This document shows, in pieces, positions 49,680-63,454 of a stretch of 64,000 nt of DNA. The notes below the pieces were generated by a model, which had not been told where the DNA came from, did not search any database, and was given only the letters and a program-made list of their open reading frames with translations. Numbering within the stretch: position 1 is the stretch's first letter; the number at the start of each line of letters is the position of its first letter. The stretch lies in the NCBI GenBank assembly GCA_017499595.2, contig CM039010.1, forward strand, positions 806,001 through 870,000, given 5' to 3'. The stretch comes from Psilocybe cubensis. Its lineage: Eukaryota. The position numbers and the translations under genes are program-made.

Positions 49680-52600
49680 ATGACTGACCTTACTGCGCCC
49701 TTGAACCCAGCCAGGATTCTGAAAAGAGCTGGGGGATTGCGCAACAGCAACGGCCAGGTCGTTAAAGAACTTGACGATGGCCCACCGCAGCCCACCTCCA
49801 ATGGATTCAGCGCCTCTATCAAGCGGAAGTTCCATGGCTTCAAGATTCGCGCGGGCGCCCTTGCAAGGTCCAAATCCTTTAATGGGGAGACAACGCGGAC
49901 AGTGAGCGAGTCGGAGAAGAAGTTCAAAAAACCCCTTTCCAGGTCACTCACGGATGTTACAACCGTTGAAAGCCCCATCTCGCCGCGTGCACGGAGCACA
50001 CCGAGATCAAAGTCCAAGAGGTTCTCAGCACAACCGCGACTACAAACTCTTCCAAGTCTCTCCGAAGGCACATCTGTCGACCATGTCACGTCCCCTGCAA
50101 GCGCTGAAGCAGTCGAGCCAACATCGCCCATCATAGGCAACGTTCGGGTCCCGCAGCTCCTGCAACTTGGGACGCCGATGACCAAGGTTTCACTCAAAAG
50201 GCACCAAAAGTTTGTGTTTCGCCTCGACGCCGACTTAGGGCAGATCGTATGGGAGTCAAAGAAGCATAAAATAAGTTAGTAGGGAGCTATTTCTACCATG
50301 CATGTCCTTTTGACTTTTCATTGACGTCGTTCCTCTCGCGTGTCCTTCTAGTCCCCATTGAGAACATCAAGGAGATCAGGTCAGGCGATGATGCCAGGTA
50401 CTATCGCCAGCAGTTTCATCTGTCTCAAGAGTACGAAGATCGCTGGCTCACTATCATTTACCTTCTGGACGGCAACTACAAGACCTTACATCTTATCGCG
50501 GCCACTAAGGATGTTTTCCAGCTCTGGAACCGCACTCTACGGGATCTACATGCTATTCGTTTGGAGCTTATGAGGGGTTTAGGCAATGTGGAGATGCGTC
50601 AGGCGTTGTGGGAGAAGCATTATTGGAAAGGCGCTGATGAGGAACAAGACCAGAAGCTGACTTTCGACGAAGTGGAGAAACTTTGTCGGCGGTTGAACAT
50701 CAATTCAACCAATGAGGATCTGTTGAGACTATTCAAGGTGTGCTCCTTTGCTTTGCGGGCACACTTTTTTAACATTAGCTGTTAGCAAGCCGACACCCAA
50801 AACCGTGAATTCTTGGACTTTGATGACTTCCGTCGCTTCGTGAAGCTTCTTAAAGCGCGTCCAGAAATTGACAGACTGTATAAGAAGCTTCGGGCACAGA
50901 ACAACGGGGTTTTTGACTATGGGGTATTCGAAAGGTTTCTGAAAGAAGAACAACACGTATGTTCATTAGTTGATTTCAGATATTTTTTACTGAGTGTATG
51001 GGCACTTACAGTCTCAGTTGTCGGCACCAGAACTTCGTGCTTTGTTCAATAAATATTCAACGTCTTCGCCACCTGTCGTGACTCGGAGGGGAGACACATG
51101 CGAACATCCAGATTCTGCGTCTACTCCTGTCATTACTATCGATGCTTTCACTGCTTTTCTTCTCTCGCCCGACAACTCTATCTTCGCAGATCAGCATAAC
51201 GATGTTTGGCAGGATATGACGCGCCCCCTGCCTGAGTACTTTATTTCGTCATCACATAACACGTATCTTGTAGGGCACCAGTTAGTGGGGGTCAGCACCA
51301 TTGAAGGGTATATCAGGGCTTTGTTGCATAGTTGTCGGAGTGTCGAAGGTATGTTATTCTGTGTACACTTTCGCATTGAAAATATAGCTCAAGCATGCCC
51401 TTTGACAGTGGACATATACGACGGTGAACTCGAGCCCATGATCTTCCACGGAAAGACGTTTACTTCCAAAGTATCATTGAGGGAAGTATGTCAAGCGATA
51501 GCAAAGTACGGCTTTGTTGCATCACCATATCCCATCATTATTTCAGCGGAGGTGCATTGCGGACTGTCAGGGCAAGACATGATTGCAGAGATCATGTTGA
51601 AGGAGTTCGGGGATAGTTTGGTTAAAGTGCCTGTTGACGCTGAAGGCGTGATTATGAGGGAAAAGATAGAGCAGCTACCGAGTCCTGAGGAGTTGAAGGG
51701 AAAGATTTTGCTGAAGGTATGCTACAGTTTTTTTTTCATTGGGGAATCCAGACCGGTTATAACAGTTTCTAACGTTCAATTGTTCCTCAGGCAAAAAACT
51801 TTAACCTGTTGAAGTCGGATTCTGATAGTGACATTGGATACTACACTGACCCATCATCTTCCGCTTCCGATTCCGAGGCTTTTTATGACGTTTCCAAGGA
51901 ACCTAGGCCGTTTCCATCACCCAAGGAACAAAGGAAGGAAAAGTCGGGAAGGCAGTCTGATAGTTCTATGAAAGGTCAGGGTCGCAATGTTCCATGTGCA
52001 CCTTTTAATCGTTGCCTGATTTCCTCGTCGTAGACCAACTTGCTAAGGCTGGAACGAACATTCTGAAGCGCGTGAAAAGCGTGCGGCGGCGAAGCTCTGC
52101 TAATTCTACTGGCTCTTCAAAGGCAATCATTTCACAGTCTTCGCCCACTTCAGCAGTCTTTTCTCAATCGCCTCCGTCAATGTCCTTTGTTTCTCAGTCT
52201 CCTCCACCGATAGCTTCATCTACACCCTCTATGAATGCTCTTCTCAAAAGTAAGCAACCATCGGGGCCACCACCACCACAATCCATTGCTTCAAGTCTTT
52301 CCTTGCCTATACCGTCCCCTTCATCACCACGTGGCTCCAAAGCATCTCTCCCTGTTTCTCTTCCTATTCCTATACCTGGACGCCGCTCCGATGTTGGCCC
52401 AAGCGACCGCCCTAAACCTAAAATGTCTTTTGCTCTTCTCGCCTTGCTCGTCTACACAGTCGGTGTGAAATGGCGAGGTATTAACAAGAAAGAAGAGTAT
52501 GCTCCTGAGCATATGTTCTCATTGTCAGAAAATATGGCGAACAAGATATTGAGGTTTGGGATGTGGGATTTGATTAAGCATACGAAGACGCACTTGGTGC

Positions 52601-53573
52601 GCACGTACCCTAAGGGTACAAGGTTGAGCTCGACGAATTACCAACCACATCGGTTTTGGGCGTCGGGTGCGCAGTTGGTAGCCATCAATTGGCAAACATT
52701 TGGTGTGTCTTCTTTCTTTGCATCATTTCAGTACCGCCTCTTTCCTTCTTAACACACTTATATACTTACCTTTCAGATCTGGGATACATGATAAACCATG
52801 CTATGTTCCAACGTAATGGGCGTTCCGGCTACGTTTTAAAACCCGATGCCATTCGCCTCGCTCAGAAAGACCGCTTGGCAAAGCGTACAATGCATAGCTT
52901 TGATGTCACCATCATCTCAGCCCAACAGCTCCCAAGGCCGAAGGATGCCTTTGGCCACGAGGTTGAAGAGAAAGCCATCGTGGATCCTTATGTGGAGGTC
53001 ACGATACATATCCCAGACTGGCCGGTCGTCTTGAAGGACAAGGAGAAAGAGAAACATGATGGATCAGGAGGACAGTCTATTCCTACAACCAGCCCTCAAC
53101 CACATTCCGTTCTAGCCGCCCCTGCTATTGTGGCGGCCACAGAAGCTACCACATTGCTACCCGTCGCTCTCCCTGTCACAGCCGCTACAAATCAGACCCC
53201 ACTAGCTTCGACACCCGGCCGGTCGACATCTTCACGGACCTCTGCTGTCAGAAAAAATGGTTTCAATCCAGTGTGGGAAGAGACGCTACGTATCCCATTT
53301 GATTGTGTTGGGGACATGATGGACCTGATTTTTGTCAGGTTTGTTGTGCGCCAGGAAGATAAGAAGGACACCGATGAGCCGCTTGCTGTATATTGTGCTT
53401 CCTTGGGAAGTCTGCAGCAAGGTATGTGCTTCATTTGAAATATCCCTTGAAGGTAATATTGACTGTAGTATGATTCAGGGTACCGCCATCTCCCTTTGCA
53501 TGACTTGCAACTATCTCAATACCTATATTCTACCCTTTTTGTGCGCATTAACGTGAACACAGCACCAATATGA
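49680..53573 (+). CDS. PLC1: Phosphoinositide-specific phospholipase C (paralog 2, long Ser/Pro-rich N-terminus and X-Y linker)
   Basis: YFISSSHNTYL, IFHG, RTYPKGTRLSSTNY, KNGFNPVW, GYRHLPL; stop at 53571-53573. Confidence 0.92.
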
Positions 53574-54036
53574 GGAACCACGAGAACATAATACATCACC
53601 GATGCAAGAACTTTCAACAATGTCTATATTCCCGACATCATAATACTTTCTATATCCTGATCTTTTCTTATACCACCGTACCGCAACCGGAACACCGATT
53701 TATAACTCAACACGAATTCATTCCAATGTAATGGTGTACCTTTCTTGAACAATCTTGTCCTTTAATCGTCAATTGTAGAAACACCGTCCTATGTTTCAAT
53801 CCATTCGACTATTCTATACCAGACCTATTTAATTACTAGAACAACTTGATTCCGCGCGCGTCATGTCGTTTAGATATCCATATTGTATAGTATTTTTCCT
53901 GTAGCAAATATACTGGTTTATATGCCTTTTTTCCAGTCTATACTTTAGACGCAAGGGGTCCTGGTCAATCCCCGGTATTTGCCGACTGCGTCACGGGACG
54001 ACTCCTTGGTCCACTGAACTGCGTGTTCCTTGCGTG

Positions 54037-55380
54037 TAGCCTCGTGACCAGGCTGGATAAGAAAATCGTTATCCAGCCTGGTAAATCTGAGTTTGAATCC
54101 CTGTAGCGAGCAGTTGGGCCGAAAAAGGATACATGGATTTTGACCTGCCCTAAACAAAGCGGCCCGCCCCCTGCCAAATCTACCCGGTCCCTGCTTTCGT
54201 CGCGCTCGACGTGCTCTGCACAATCTCATACTTGCAGGAAAAGTTACTTTTTATACGGTCTAATTAGATTTATATTGAACTTGTTGAAAATTTCACAAAA
54301 CAAGGTCTTTGTGACAGAGGATTCTCTTTATGAAACTAGCTGGTTTTCCTTGGTGGTGAAGAGAATGGAAGGAATAGCCAAGGTTAGTCTGTGAGCTCTA
54401 CTATAGGCTTCATGCTGCGCTTAAGAGTGATCATATAAAACAAGAACGCGGGATGGAAAGCAGAATGTTGCAACAATTTTTTTATTAGTTTTAGTGCAAT
54501 GTTTGATTTGTGTTTGACATGCTTTAATTTGCTCAGGATTGAAGGGATCAACATTATCATAGACCACTAGATATTTACCAAGATTCAGCTCACCCAAAGT
54601 ATTCTATGTCAAATCTAGTTTCTGCGCCATGGAGTACTGTATTTCACTGCATTGAACGGTGGTGGGCGTGGTCGTGTGAAAGGATCGGGTAGATTTGGCA
54701 GAGGGCGGGCCGCTTGTTTAGGGCAGGTCAAAATCCATGTATCCTTTTTCGGCCCAACTGCTCGCTACAGGGATTCAAACTCAGATTTACCAGGCTGGAT
54801 ACACGGCGGGCAAAAGTGCTGACTAGTCAGCCTGGGAGTTGGTCTGACCAGTCACCTGACCAGTATGCTGACTAGTCACCTGACTAGTCATGTAGCTGTC
54901 ACGCATTTATTGTCACGCTGCTAAGTTTCTGTAATTCCGCTCATTGATTGTAGAACAGAGGATTTCTTTTCTATGCCCCAGACTTACACAGGGCGGGCGT
55001 CGTGTACCTTCTAAACAATGTCGGGTGACCGTGCACAAGTACTCTGAAAGCGTGATTAGTTATCCATTTGTTTGAATAATGACCGAATTTCAACCAAACA
55101 CAAGAAATATCCAATTCCAAGTCATTCATTGCTTTTCCTCAGTGACAGTGCTTCGGAAGACAATGGTTTATTCCCATTTAATCTTATGTTACTGAACTCA
55201 TTTACCAATACTAACCAGCGTGACAACATTTGTGTGACCTCTCCTGACTGGTCAGTTGATTCGTCACGGAACGCGTCACGATATGGTCACGTGACTGGTC
55301 AGACCAAGTCCCAGGCTGACTAGTCAGCACTTTTGCCCGCCGTGATAACGATTTTCTTATCCAGCCTGGTCACGAGGCTA
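54037..55380. mobile_element. Long-TIR MITE (Mutator-like by 9-bp TSD), right TIR interrupted by a second MITE
   Basis: TIR of about 155 bp starting TAGCCTCGTGACCAGGCTGG (54037 to about 54191); partner at about 54682-54801 plus 55348-55380; TSD CCTTGCGTG (54028-54036 and 55381-55389). Confidence 0.88.
54802..55344. mobile_element. Nested MITE, CACTA/CMC-like (543 bp)
   Basis: 54-bp TIRs CACGGCGGGCAAAAGTGCTGACTAGTCAGCC... with 1 mismatch; 3-bp TSD ATA; subterminal TGACYAGTCA repeats. Confidence 0.88.
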
Positions 55381-55489
55381 CCTTGCGTGCTTTCATCAGA
55401 TTTTGTGAGCAACGATTCGTCGAGCTCCAAAACTTGTCTCTACTCTGTAGATAACACTCCTATACAAACTTCCTATCACTATTCTTCTC

Positions 55490-56869
55490 ATGGCACCAGT
55501 CAACCAAGAAACCGCCATTGAAGCTCTGGACTATGGATCAAGCGTCACTTTCAAATCCCCTACAGAAATTGTATATTTGGATTACTTTCCATCGCAGCTT
55601 CGTGCGAAGCCACCCAGAACAGCAGAAGAGAAAGCAGACTGGACTCGGTTTGTGTGTATCAGCGATACGCATGCTCGGACGTTTGATGTCCCAGATGGTG
55701 ATGTGCTGTTGCATAGTGGAGACCTAACAAACCTGGGCACCGAGGCTGACTTTCAAAAGACAGCGGAATGGCTATATTGTCTGCCGCATAAGACGAAAAT
55801 GTGAGCTATAATGTCTTCTCTCTCCTATTTCTTTTGCCTCTAAAGCATCGACCGTTTTTGTTAGAATTATAGCAGGAAACCACGACCTAACGTTACACGC
55901 CGACTGGTACGAGAGGGAATGGCCAAAGTGGCATAGGCGACAACAAAAACAGGTTACTAAGTTTTGATGCTTTGTTTTCTGATTTATGCTGAAGATTTTC
56001 TAATTTTGCGATACTGACAAGAATCGCGACAAGATCATGGACATGCTGAAAGGAAAGAAGGCCAGAGACGCAGGACTCGTCTACCTTGAAGATGAATACT
56101 ATGAATTCAAAATCAGAGACAGTGGCCGGGTTTGGAGTGTTTATGGCTCACCGGTACGCTTCAAATTTTCTATTCATCTTTTTGGCTTTAGAGATGAACC
56201 TTACAGTGGTCGCCGTGGTTTCATAACGGGGCATTTAACTATGAGCGGGAACATGCCAAAGGTACTCTGACACCATGAATATCTTTCTTTCCTAAATATT
56301 TTTTTCCAAGAATTGGTTGCAAAGTTTCCTAAAACAGATATTCTGTGAGTTTTCTCCACGCAACATGGCAGCAGTGACGTTTCACATAAAAATTGACGAA
56401 GGTTGACACATGGTCCTGTACATCAAATCTTTGATCAAGTTATAGGCGGAGAGCAAGTCGGGTGTGAAGCACTCAGAGCCCGTATGCCTGAGCTGCGGCC
56501 CCGTCTTCACCTTGCGGGTCATATACATGAAGCACATGGTGCTTACATACATACATGGGATCCCGAAAACAACTATGAGGCCCCCACTATCCAAAATGAT
56601 GACCCCAGGGTGTTAAGTGACCTGACAACTTCGGACAATCTGCCAGATGGTGAGGCGACTGATCTCGCTGAGTCTCTAGAGACGCTGATGTAATGTATGA
56701 AACTGTAGTTAAGCATAGTAATCCTGAACGTGAACGCACTGTGTTCATAAATGCAGCCAATTGGCCGATGGGCAATAGGGCGAAGCGCAACATTACGGGA
56801 ACTTTGAATCGCAAAATTCCTTTTGGAGGCCCTGGATTTCAGGCAGTTGTCGTAGATCTCAAAGATTGA
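55490..56869 (+). CDS. Calcineurin-like metallophosphoesterase (MPPED-type), multi-exon
   Basis: RFVCISDTH, LLHSGDLT, IAGNHD, LTHGP, HLAGHIHE, TVFINAA motifs. Confidence 0.88.
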
Positions 56870-57254
56870 GCTTTACATATTGTTTATAATGCATCTTTTC
56901 AGACCTTTCTCGTTCTCTCCAGGTACTTCAACGAATCAGCACACAATTTCCATTCATTAAACAATAATGCTTCTGCAGGTCACAACGATATCGGTTCTAT
57001 TACATCATAATGCCACCTTTCCTGCCATTAGAATGTCTTCATCCACATTGGTAACACTTTTCCAAGACTACCGTAGAAATTAGCATGATATTCTTCATAT
57101 GGCATGATGCGGGCGCTTAAAACATGATTGCCCGATCGAGCCACTGCATTGGTCATTCCAGGGATCTGCCTTTGTATGGAATATTCGTGCTGTCAGATGC
57201 TGTCATCGTGATGAATTAAATCATATACACTCTTCATATTGCGCTGATTATATA

Positions 57255-58204
57255 TTACAAGGTACCAATGACCATAGCATCGGCCTCCGTCTCACGTTTC
57301 CATCTCCTGTTCCTGAGGAAGGGCCTCTGGCGCATTCTCTCCCGTATCCCGTGAACAGCCGCATGATGCAGGGTCAGAGGGTCTCTCCATCGCCAAATTG
57401 CGGCGCTGGGCCAAGTAGGTGGACCGATACTTAAGGATCAGCTTAAGAGCGGTGCGTACGGGCCAACAGTCTTCGTACTCTGACAGGGTAGGCCAGTGCT
57501 CCTCCTTAATTGCCTACGCCAGTATCCAGAGAATTAACACACTTCGCAAGAGACTTATAAGGTGAGAGAGCGCACAGTTTCGCACACACGATCAATAGCC
57601 TCCTCGTCTTGGGAGCGATAGGGCAGGGTCATGTCGAGCGTCCTCCTAGCCTCCTTCCGGATGAACGCCTACACGATGAATGTCAAAAAATGATTATTCA
57701 GATAACGACAGTCAAGAGGCATTATGGGAAACTCACCAAGAAATCTTCAACGTCGTCATCAGACCAGTTGTGGGCATCCGTTAGCACTGCCTTAAGCATG
57801 TACATTGAAGTAATTTGGTGGTTTCCTCGTGGTCCACGAACCCCAACACGAGTAGGCGACGCATTAAGGTTGAAATCAAATGTGAATCTTGAGGGCTGGC
57901 CGGAGGTGCTACATACCGGCAGATTGTAGCTCACGGTGGCCGTCGCATTGGCATTAGTAGGGTTACGATTGTTGTTGTCGGTATTATCGGGGATGTGGCG
58001 AGGCGTCGTCCAAGGTTCTGGACCGATGTGTCGAGAAGTAGCTCCAAATGAAGATTTGTTGTTCTCTTCCGGCTCAATTTTGTGGTCGTGTGGCCCATAC
58101 TCTAGCCTTGCATTAATGTTCGAGGTACTATTGAGATTGAGTTCTATTTTCACAGGTGGTATTGCTGGTGGAGGACGCTGGAAGAAACGAAGTATGCCTT
58201 CCAT
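57255..58204 (-). CDS. Hypothetical protein, multi-exon
   Basis: ORF 57722-58204 plus downstream exons (EEHWPTLSEYEDCWPVRTALKLILKY...GTL*). Confidence 0.55.
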
Positions 58205-59384
58205 TATTTTGAATAATTGCAGTGATTATTTACGCCTCGGTTTAGGTGTAGTCGAAGGCTGTGTGAGGGATGTGAAAAGGTAGGAAGAACTCAATATCAG
58301 GATCGCAACCCACCTTATACAACTTTGTTACCGCTACTCCACTCTCCCTCATCGTGATCCATAACAAAGAAAGTAGATTGTCTCTAAAACTCGGAGCGGG
58401 TTGAGGGATAAGTTCACAAAAAGATAAAGGAGAGAATGTACAAAGAATGGACAATGTTGTAGAAAGAGTTCTTAAAGGACCGTCTGGCTTGGCGATGACA
58501 ACTTTGGATGCGCCGTTTCTGCCGAGGTTTTGATGTACTCACGGTTCTTTTGTCGTGCCCGACAAGAATGCCTTTCTGTTCTGTTCTGTCATGCTCTCGA
58601 GCCTTTGGGCCCTGTTTAACTTAGAGATTGCTCAAATCACCCCACTTGAATTAACCCACTCAAAGGATAGTTGGACGGGAATCTCAGGCGCAGTATCACT
58701 CATTCGTCTTCTGGGACTAAGCGGCCTTGTACTGGGTTGATTATGTTGCCTTTGTCCTGGCATTCGAAAATGACAATTGCGAGTAATGTGGACAGAACCT
58801 TTGGCGCAAGAGCTCAAATTTCATTGTTCTCATACCCTCATTTGACCAATCCAATCGCACGACGACGGGCTGTTTCACGAATCTTTGTTGACACGTTCGA
58901 GTGAACACAAAAAAATCAATCGGGCTTTCTTCCTCACTACTCTACGAGGCCTGTCAGCGGGGTGTTGAGAGAGCAACATGGATACGTTTACCACTCAGAG
59001 CCAAGCTGTTGCAGTGGATGATATGCAGATACGCTTGGTTACCTTTCAAAGATGCTCGTGGCAACCGTCACTACAACGCCATAGTTGTCGGTTAGGGCTC
59101 AAAGCGGGTGGCATGGACGTGGATATTCGTCTCAAGTGCGATGCTTCTCAAAGCAAATTTTGCTTAATTCCGACTCTATTCCCTCTGTACATCACAGCCT
59201 ACATGGCGCTTAGTTACCCCGGTCCGTTTCTCTTTGTATCGAAAGGATCTAAAGCATATTCGCTGAATTCAGAGGAATACTGATAAAAGCTCAGAGAGTC
59301 GTGGCCTAAAGGAGGGATTCGACGGGATAATCCTGAATGAACTTCTTATACCCTGCTGTAGATATTGTATAGTAAATCCAGTCA

Positions 59385-59917
59385 CACCTGCCCTAGTTTC
59401 AGTTTTTTCCCATGTCCATAGACCTAGGGTGTAACATATACCCACCTAAGAAGACCTTTAAGTCATGATGGAGATCGTGCAGGTAGATCATACGATTCAG
59501 GAAGAAATTCAAAGGTCGCCATTCGAAGGTGTCTTTCGACTTCCTAAGACCCTGTGGAACTGCGCATGCAGCTCTGTTGAGATGCTATGGATATCTATCA
59601 CAGCTGCCTGGATTGCAACTGTGGTTATGCAAGAATCGAAGAGCATCGAAGAGTACCTACGCTCACAAAACGCACCACTATTACAATCCTTCTTCGATAA
59701 TAGGAGTCACGTTGGTGGACTCGAGTCTTGAGGGAACAGAACATGGTGTACGGCAGCACTGAGGAGCGTCATGAAAGACGTCAGACTCCCACAATACAAG
59801 TTATTAGAACAGCCAGAAGAGTCTGCCTAATAGTTCGGCATACTAATCTGCTACTGCCTTTTTGCATGGACAGATGAAGATAATTTTCAAGTCGGTATAA
59901 CTTCGAGTTTGGTTTTT
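59385..59917 (+). repeat. Dispersed direct repeat, copy 1 (partner at 63455-64000)
   Basis: 59645-59917 matches 63728-64000 (offset 4083) with 5 substitutions seen; looser similarity upstream. Confidence 0.9.
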
Positions 59918-61406
59918 GGCAGCGTCGCACGTCGTCTGTACGTATGACACTTGCTAAGTACTCGTTTATAGGGAGTCAAGTTCCGTGTAATTTTTTCGTT
60001 TGGATACTGTGAATATATAAAACTGAACGGTGGTGAGAGCACTAGCAGTAACCCCTCGAAGAGTATAAAAATAAATTGCAGTCGAACACGCTCAGGCATG
60101 ATTTGGGAATGGGGTATTTTCCAATGCCTATTATTATCAAGAAGCTGGCCATCTATTTCTCATACCAGCCAACCCAGGGTTCGAAGAAGCCCAGGGCGTC
60201 TGTCGGCATCCAAACATGATCGAGACGGCACGGAAAGAAGAAGTCGGACATGAAATCGTGACATAGGACCTATCACCTATACTGATCATATTCAGCAGAA
60301 ATAGGTTCAAGATGCATCAATCGTGCTCAGCTGACTGGATTAGAGAGTGGTTTGTTTGGCGCTCATTGTGTATAAGATTCTGCAAGGTGATAGGGGTTAG
60401 TATAGAGGACGAGTATGTAATGAGCGGACCCACCACTGTGAATTCGACGAGAAGCGAGGGTTTCGATGCAGAATGACATCTACGCTGAGGTGTAGGTGGT
60501 TCTTTAAATTTAAAATGGGCTGGTGGTCGTCGCATATTTCTGTGAAAGAGGGGTCACGCATGCAGTAGGTTGGAGTCATTCTCCGATGTCAGCCTTGTTG
60601 CTCCAATCCATACACGCATACAATGCATAGTTACTTTAGAAATCAAAATGAAACTATGTTCAATTACTGTACCCTACAGAAAGAGTTCGTTGCCATTTGG
60701 ATTCAATAAACCTTTGTTACTAGATTGACTGGAAATTAAGAAGGTGATGAAAATCTCTATATTACTAGCTGGATCTTCTTGTGTCGTCATTTTCATAAAT
60801 GACTTGACACAGAATAGCTACGATCTTATTTAAGGAGCTTACAACCTACTTATCAGCGTTGATTTTCGAAATGACCAGCTGTGGGACAAATGGTAGACCT
60901 AACCTGCCATGTAGCATGTGTCATTTAATGCATCTATTCTAGCACCCACAACGTATTCCTTCATCGGTTTTTGGTGTTCTAGTATAATCCACAAGCCTTG
61001 TACTGTACTGGAAACTGTGACACAAAAAAATCTAGGGGTGCAAATACACACTGCGCCGAAAGAAAGCTCCACAGATTTGGGGAACTTGCAATTGTGGAAG
61101 CTCAATGGAAGCTACGGATACGAAAGTGCCAAAAGAACAACAGGGGAGGTTCAAAAATAAGAACTTCTCTGAAAGCAACGTCCGAGTAGCAGGATCATGC
61201 ACTAACGTATCGGATCTCTGGGGACTTCATCCATGTCATAATCATAAGCAAATATTAATTATCTAAAAAAATGTGCATTGCAAAGAGGTATAAAGAGGAG
61301 AGTAGCATCGACATATACCTTCAGAAAGACAACAACTTTCAAAGTTCACTTGAAACCAAAAGCTCAGCTTTAGCTTCAGCACATAAACACCCGAAAAACA
61401 GCAAAC

Positions 61407-61869
61407 ATGAAGTTCACCTCCGCCATCGCTCTTGTTCTCGCTGCCCTCCCCGTCATGGTTTCCTCCGCCGCGACAGGTACCAATGCAACCGACGCGTGCA
61501 TCCAAGCCTGCTGCGACGCCGTTGTTCCTGGAGTCAGACCCTCTGGAAATGTCGGCAGTAAGTCACCATTCTCCAAAAAAAAAAACTATGTTAACCAACT
61601 GCGTTCCATTCAACTACTGACGACTTACACTATAAAATGAAATGAACGCTAATGATTATTTTTTTTTCTGAAACATAGTCAACTGCCATGCGGATAACAC
61701 AGGCGATTGTCCATTCACAGGCCAAGTCCGCGCATGCTGCACGCGCATTGTACGTTGCTTTAGTCGTTTGTATATTAACGTTTTATGCTTGGCATGTTGA
61801 CTTTGTTTGTGATTGTTTTAGGGAGGGTTTGGATCTAACAACGTCGGCACTGGCCTTGGCTGCAATTAA
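61407..61869 (+). CDS. Hydrophobin-like small secreted 8-Cys protein (89 aa, 2 introns)
   Basis: Signal peptide; exons 61407-61557, 61679-61749 and 61822-61869; C-CC-C-C-CC-C pattern; TATAAA at about 61290. Confidence 0.85.
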
Positions 61870-63454
61870 GTGGCCAGTGTGATATGATGTGAAGGCGTCC
61901 CGAGGCATCGGGGAAAATATGCGTAGTTGGAAGTTGGACATGAAAATTTTGCAGATAATGATGTTGCAACATTGAAATAAAAATAAAATGAAATGTGGTC
62001 AAAATTCAACGTGCATTCTCAATGAAAGTGTAAATTTTCTTATGTATCTAACTTCAACCCGGATGGGTGTGTCTGCTCTCAGCGAATTTTTTTTCTTTTT
62101 GAAATTCAAAGTTCGAGTTGAACCAGATTTCGGAGTTTAGAATTTATTTAGCGCCAACTTGGAGCCGCTGTGCCGGATGAGCGACTTGTTTCCCCGGACT
62201 TCATGCCGAATGTATGACTCTAAAGCGGTACTTCAAACCGGGTTTCTCCGCAAGGAGGTTGTTTTCACACGGGACTTTTAAGTTTTAATCACGGATGCCT
62301 CCGACGAACATTAGTCAGCTACCCGTTTCTGTTTCCTCTTATCCTTCCAACATGTTCCCCTGTTCGAGCCTCTTCTTAGCCTAGCAAACACACTCTTAGT
62401 CTTCGACATCCTCCTCTACAGTACATGTCCCCAAACCACCTCTTTATACCCAGCATGCTTGAATGCATTGCGTGCCACATCTTGGCCGAGACTCTGAGAG
62501 GGAATGTACATAACTGGCACTTGGGTGGCGAGAGCGACTCTGGAGTGTCCTCTCCTGTGTCCTGTTTCACACGTTTTATGATGGTGTTGTTTCTTTTTTA
62601 ATAGTCAAGAGTCCTTCTTGGCCAGGCTGTCTCCCGTCCTCTAGCATGTCTTTGTCTCACGTTTCTAGCTCCTACCTCTGAACCGGACGAAACGCTTTGG
62701 CGACCACGATAATCGCACTTTGCAATGCTGGATGCTGACGCTGGATTCTGGCTCTGGAGGGTTGCTTCTGATTTAGATATTGCTCCTTCGCCGTCACTAT
62801 TGCTGCGAGGTCAAGGACAAGTGCGAGAGCGAAGGCGGGAGGATCGCTGAGGGTGGGCGTGCATGGGCACCAAATACTTCTCCATGATAACTTACAGGTA
62901 TTTTGGGGCACTGACACGTCCATATCTGCTCAGACCTACAGTGTACACGCTCGCGTGATGATTGATGGAGATGATGATGATTATTTATTTTTGTTCTTCG
63001 CCCACCCCTGCACATCTCCTATCTTCTATCTAAATCTGACGTGGTCGTCGCAGTGGTCGCAAGAGTGGTAGTGAAGGTTTCTGTGACGGCTTCGACTGCT
63101 GTATAACGCGCGGACGTCCTTCGGTATCAACAAGGACTCTGGACGTGACTAGAGCGCGAATAGGACAAGGACGGCGGGATGCGGAGGGGGCAGGCGATCG
63201 GTGTGAAGCTTGGATTAAAATGTTGACGTTGACACTTGTCAAAGCAACTCGTCTTTGCTTATAACCACCAGCCATACTTGGCTATAACCAGCAAATTCTA
63301 CGGGTGGGTATACCCTCGCAGCATGGTATATTTCTTTGGATATGAAGAGGCTAAAGACGGTAATTGTATACGACGAAAGGAAGGGAAACGTAAAGCGTAT
63401 ACAGAGTACCGTATGTGCATGCATGTAGTGGTCCTCGAAATGCCGCCGGGATTT

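Noticed and set aside
56650-56708. Apparent frameshift or premature stop in the metallophosphoesterase
   Set aside because: A 59-nt GTGAGG..CTGTAG intron restores the frame to the TVFINAA exon.
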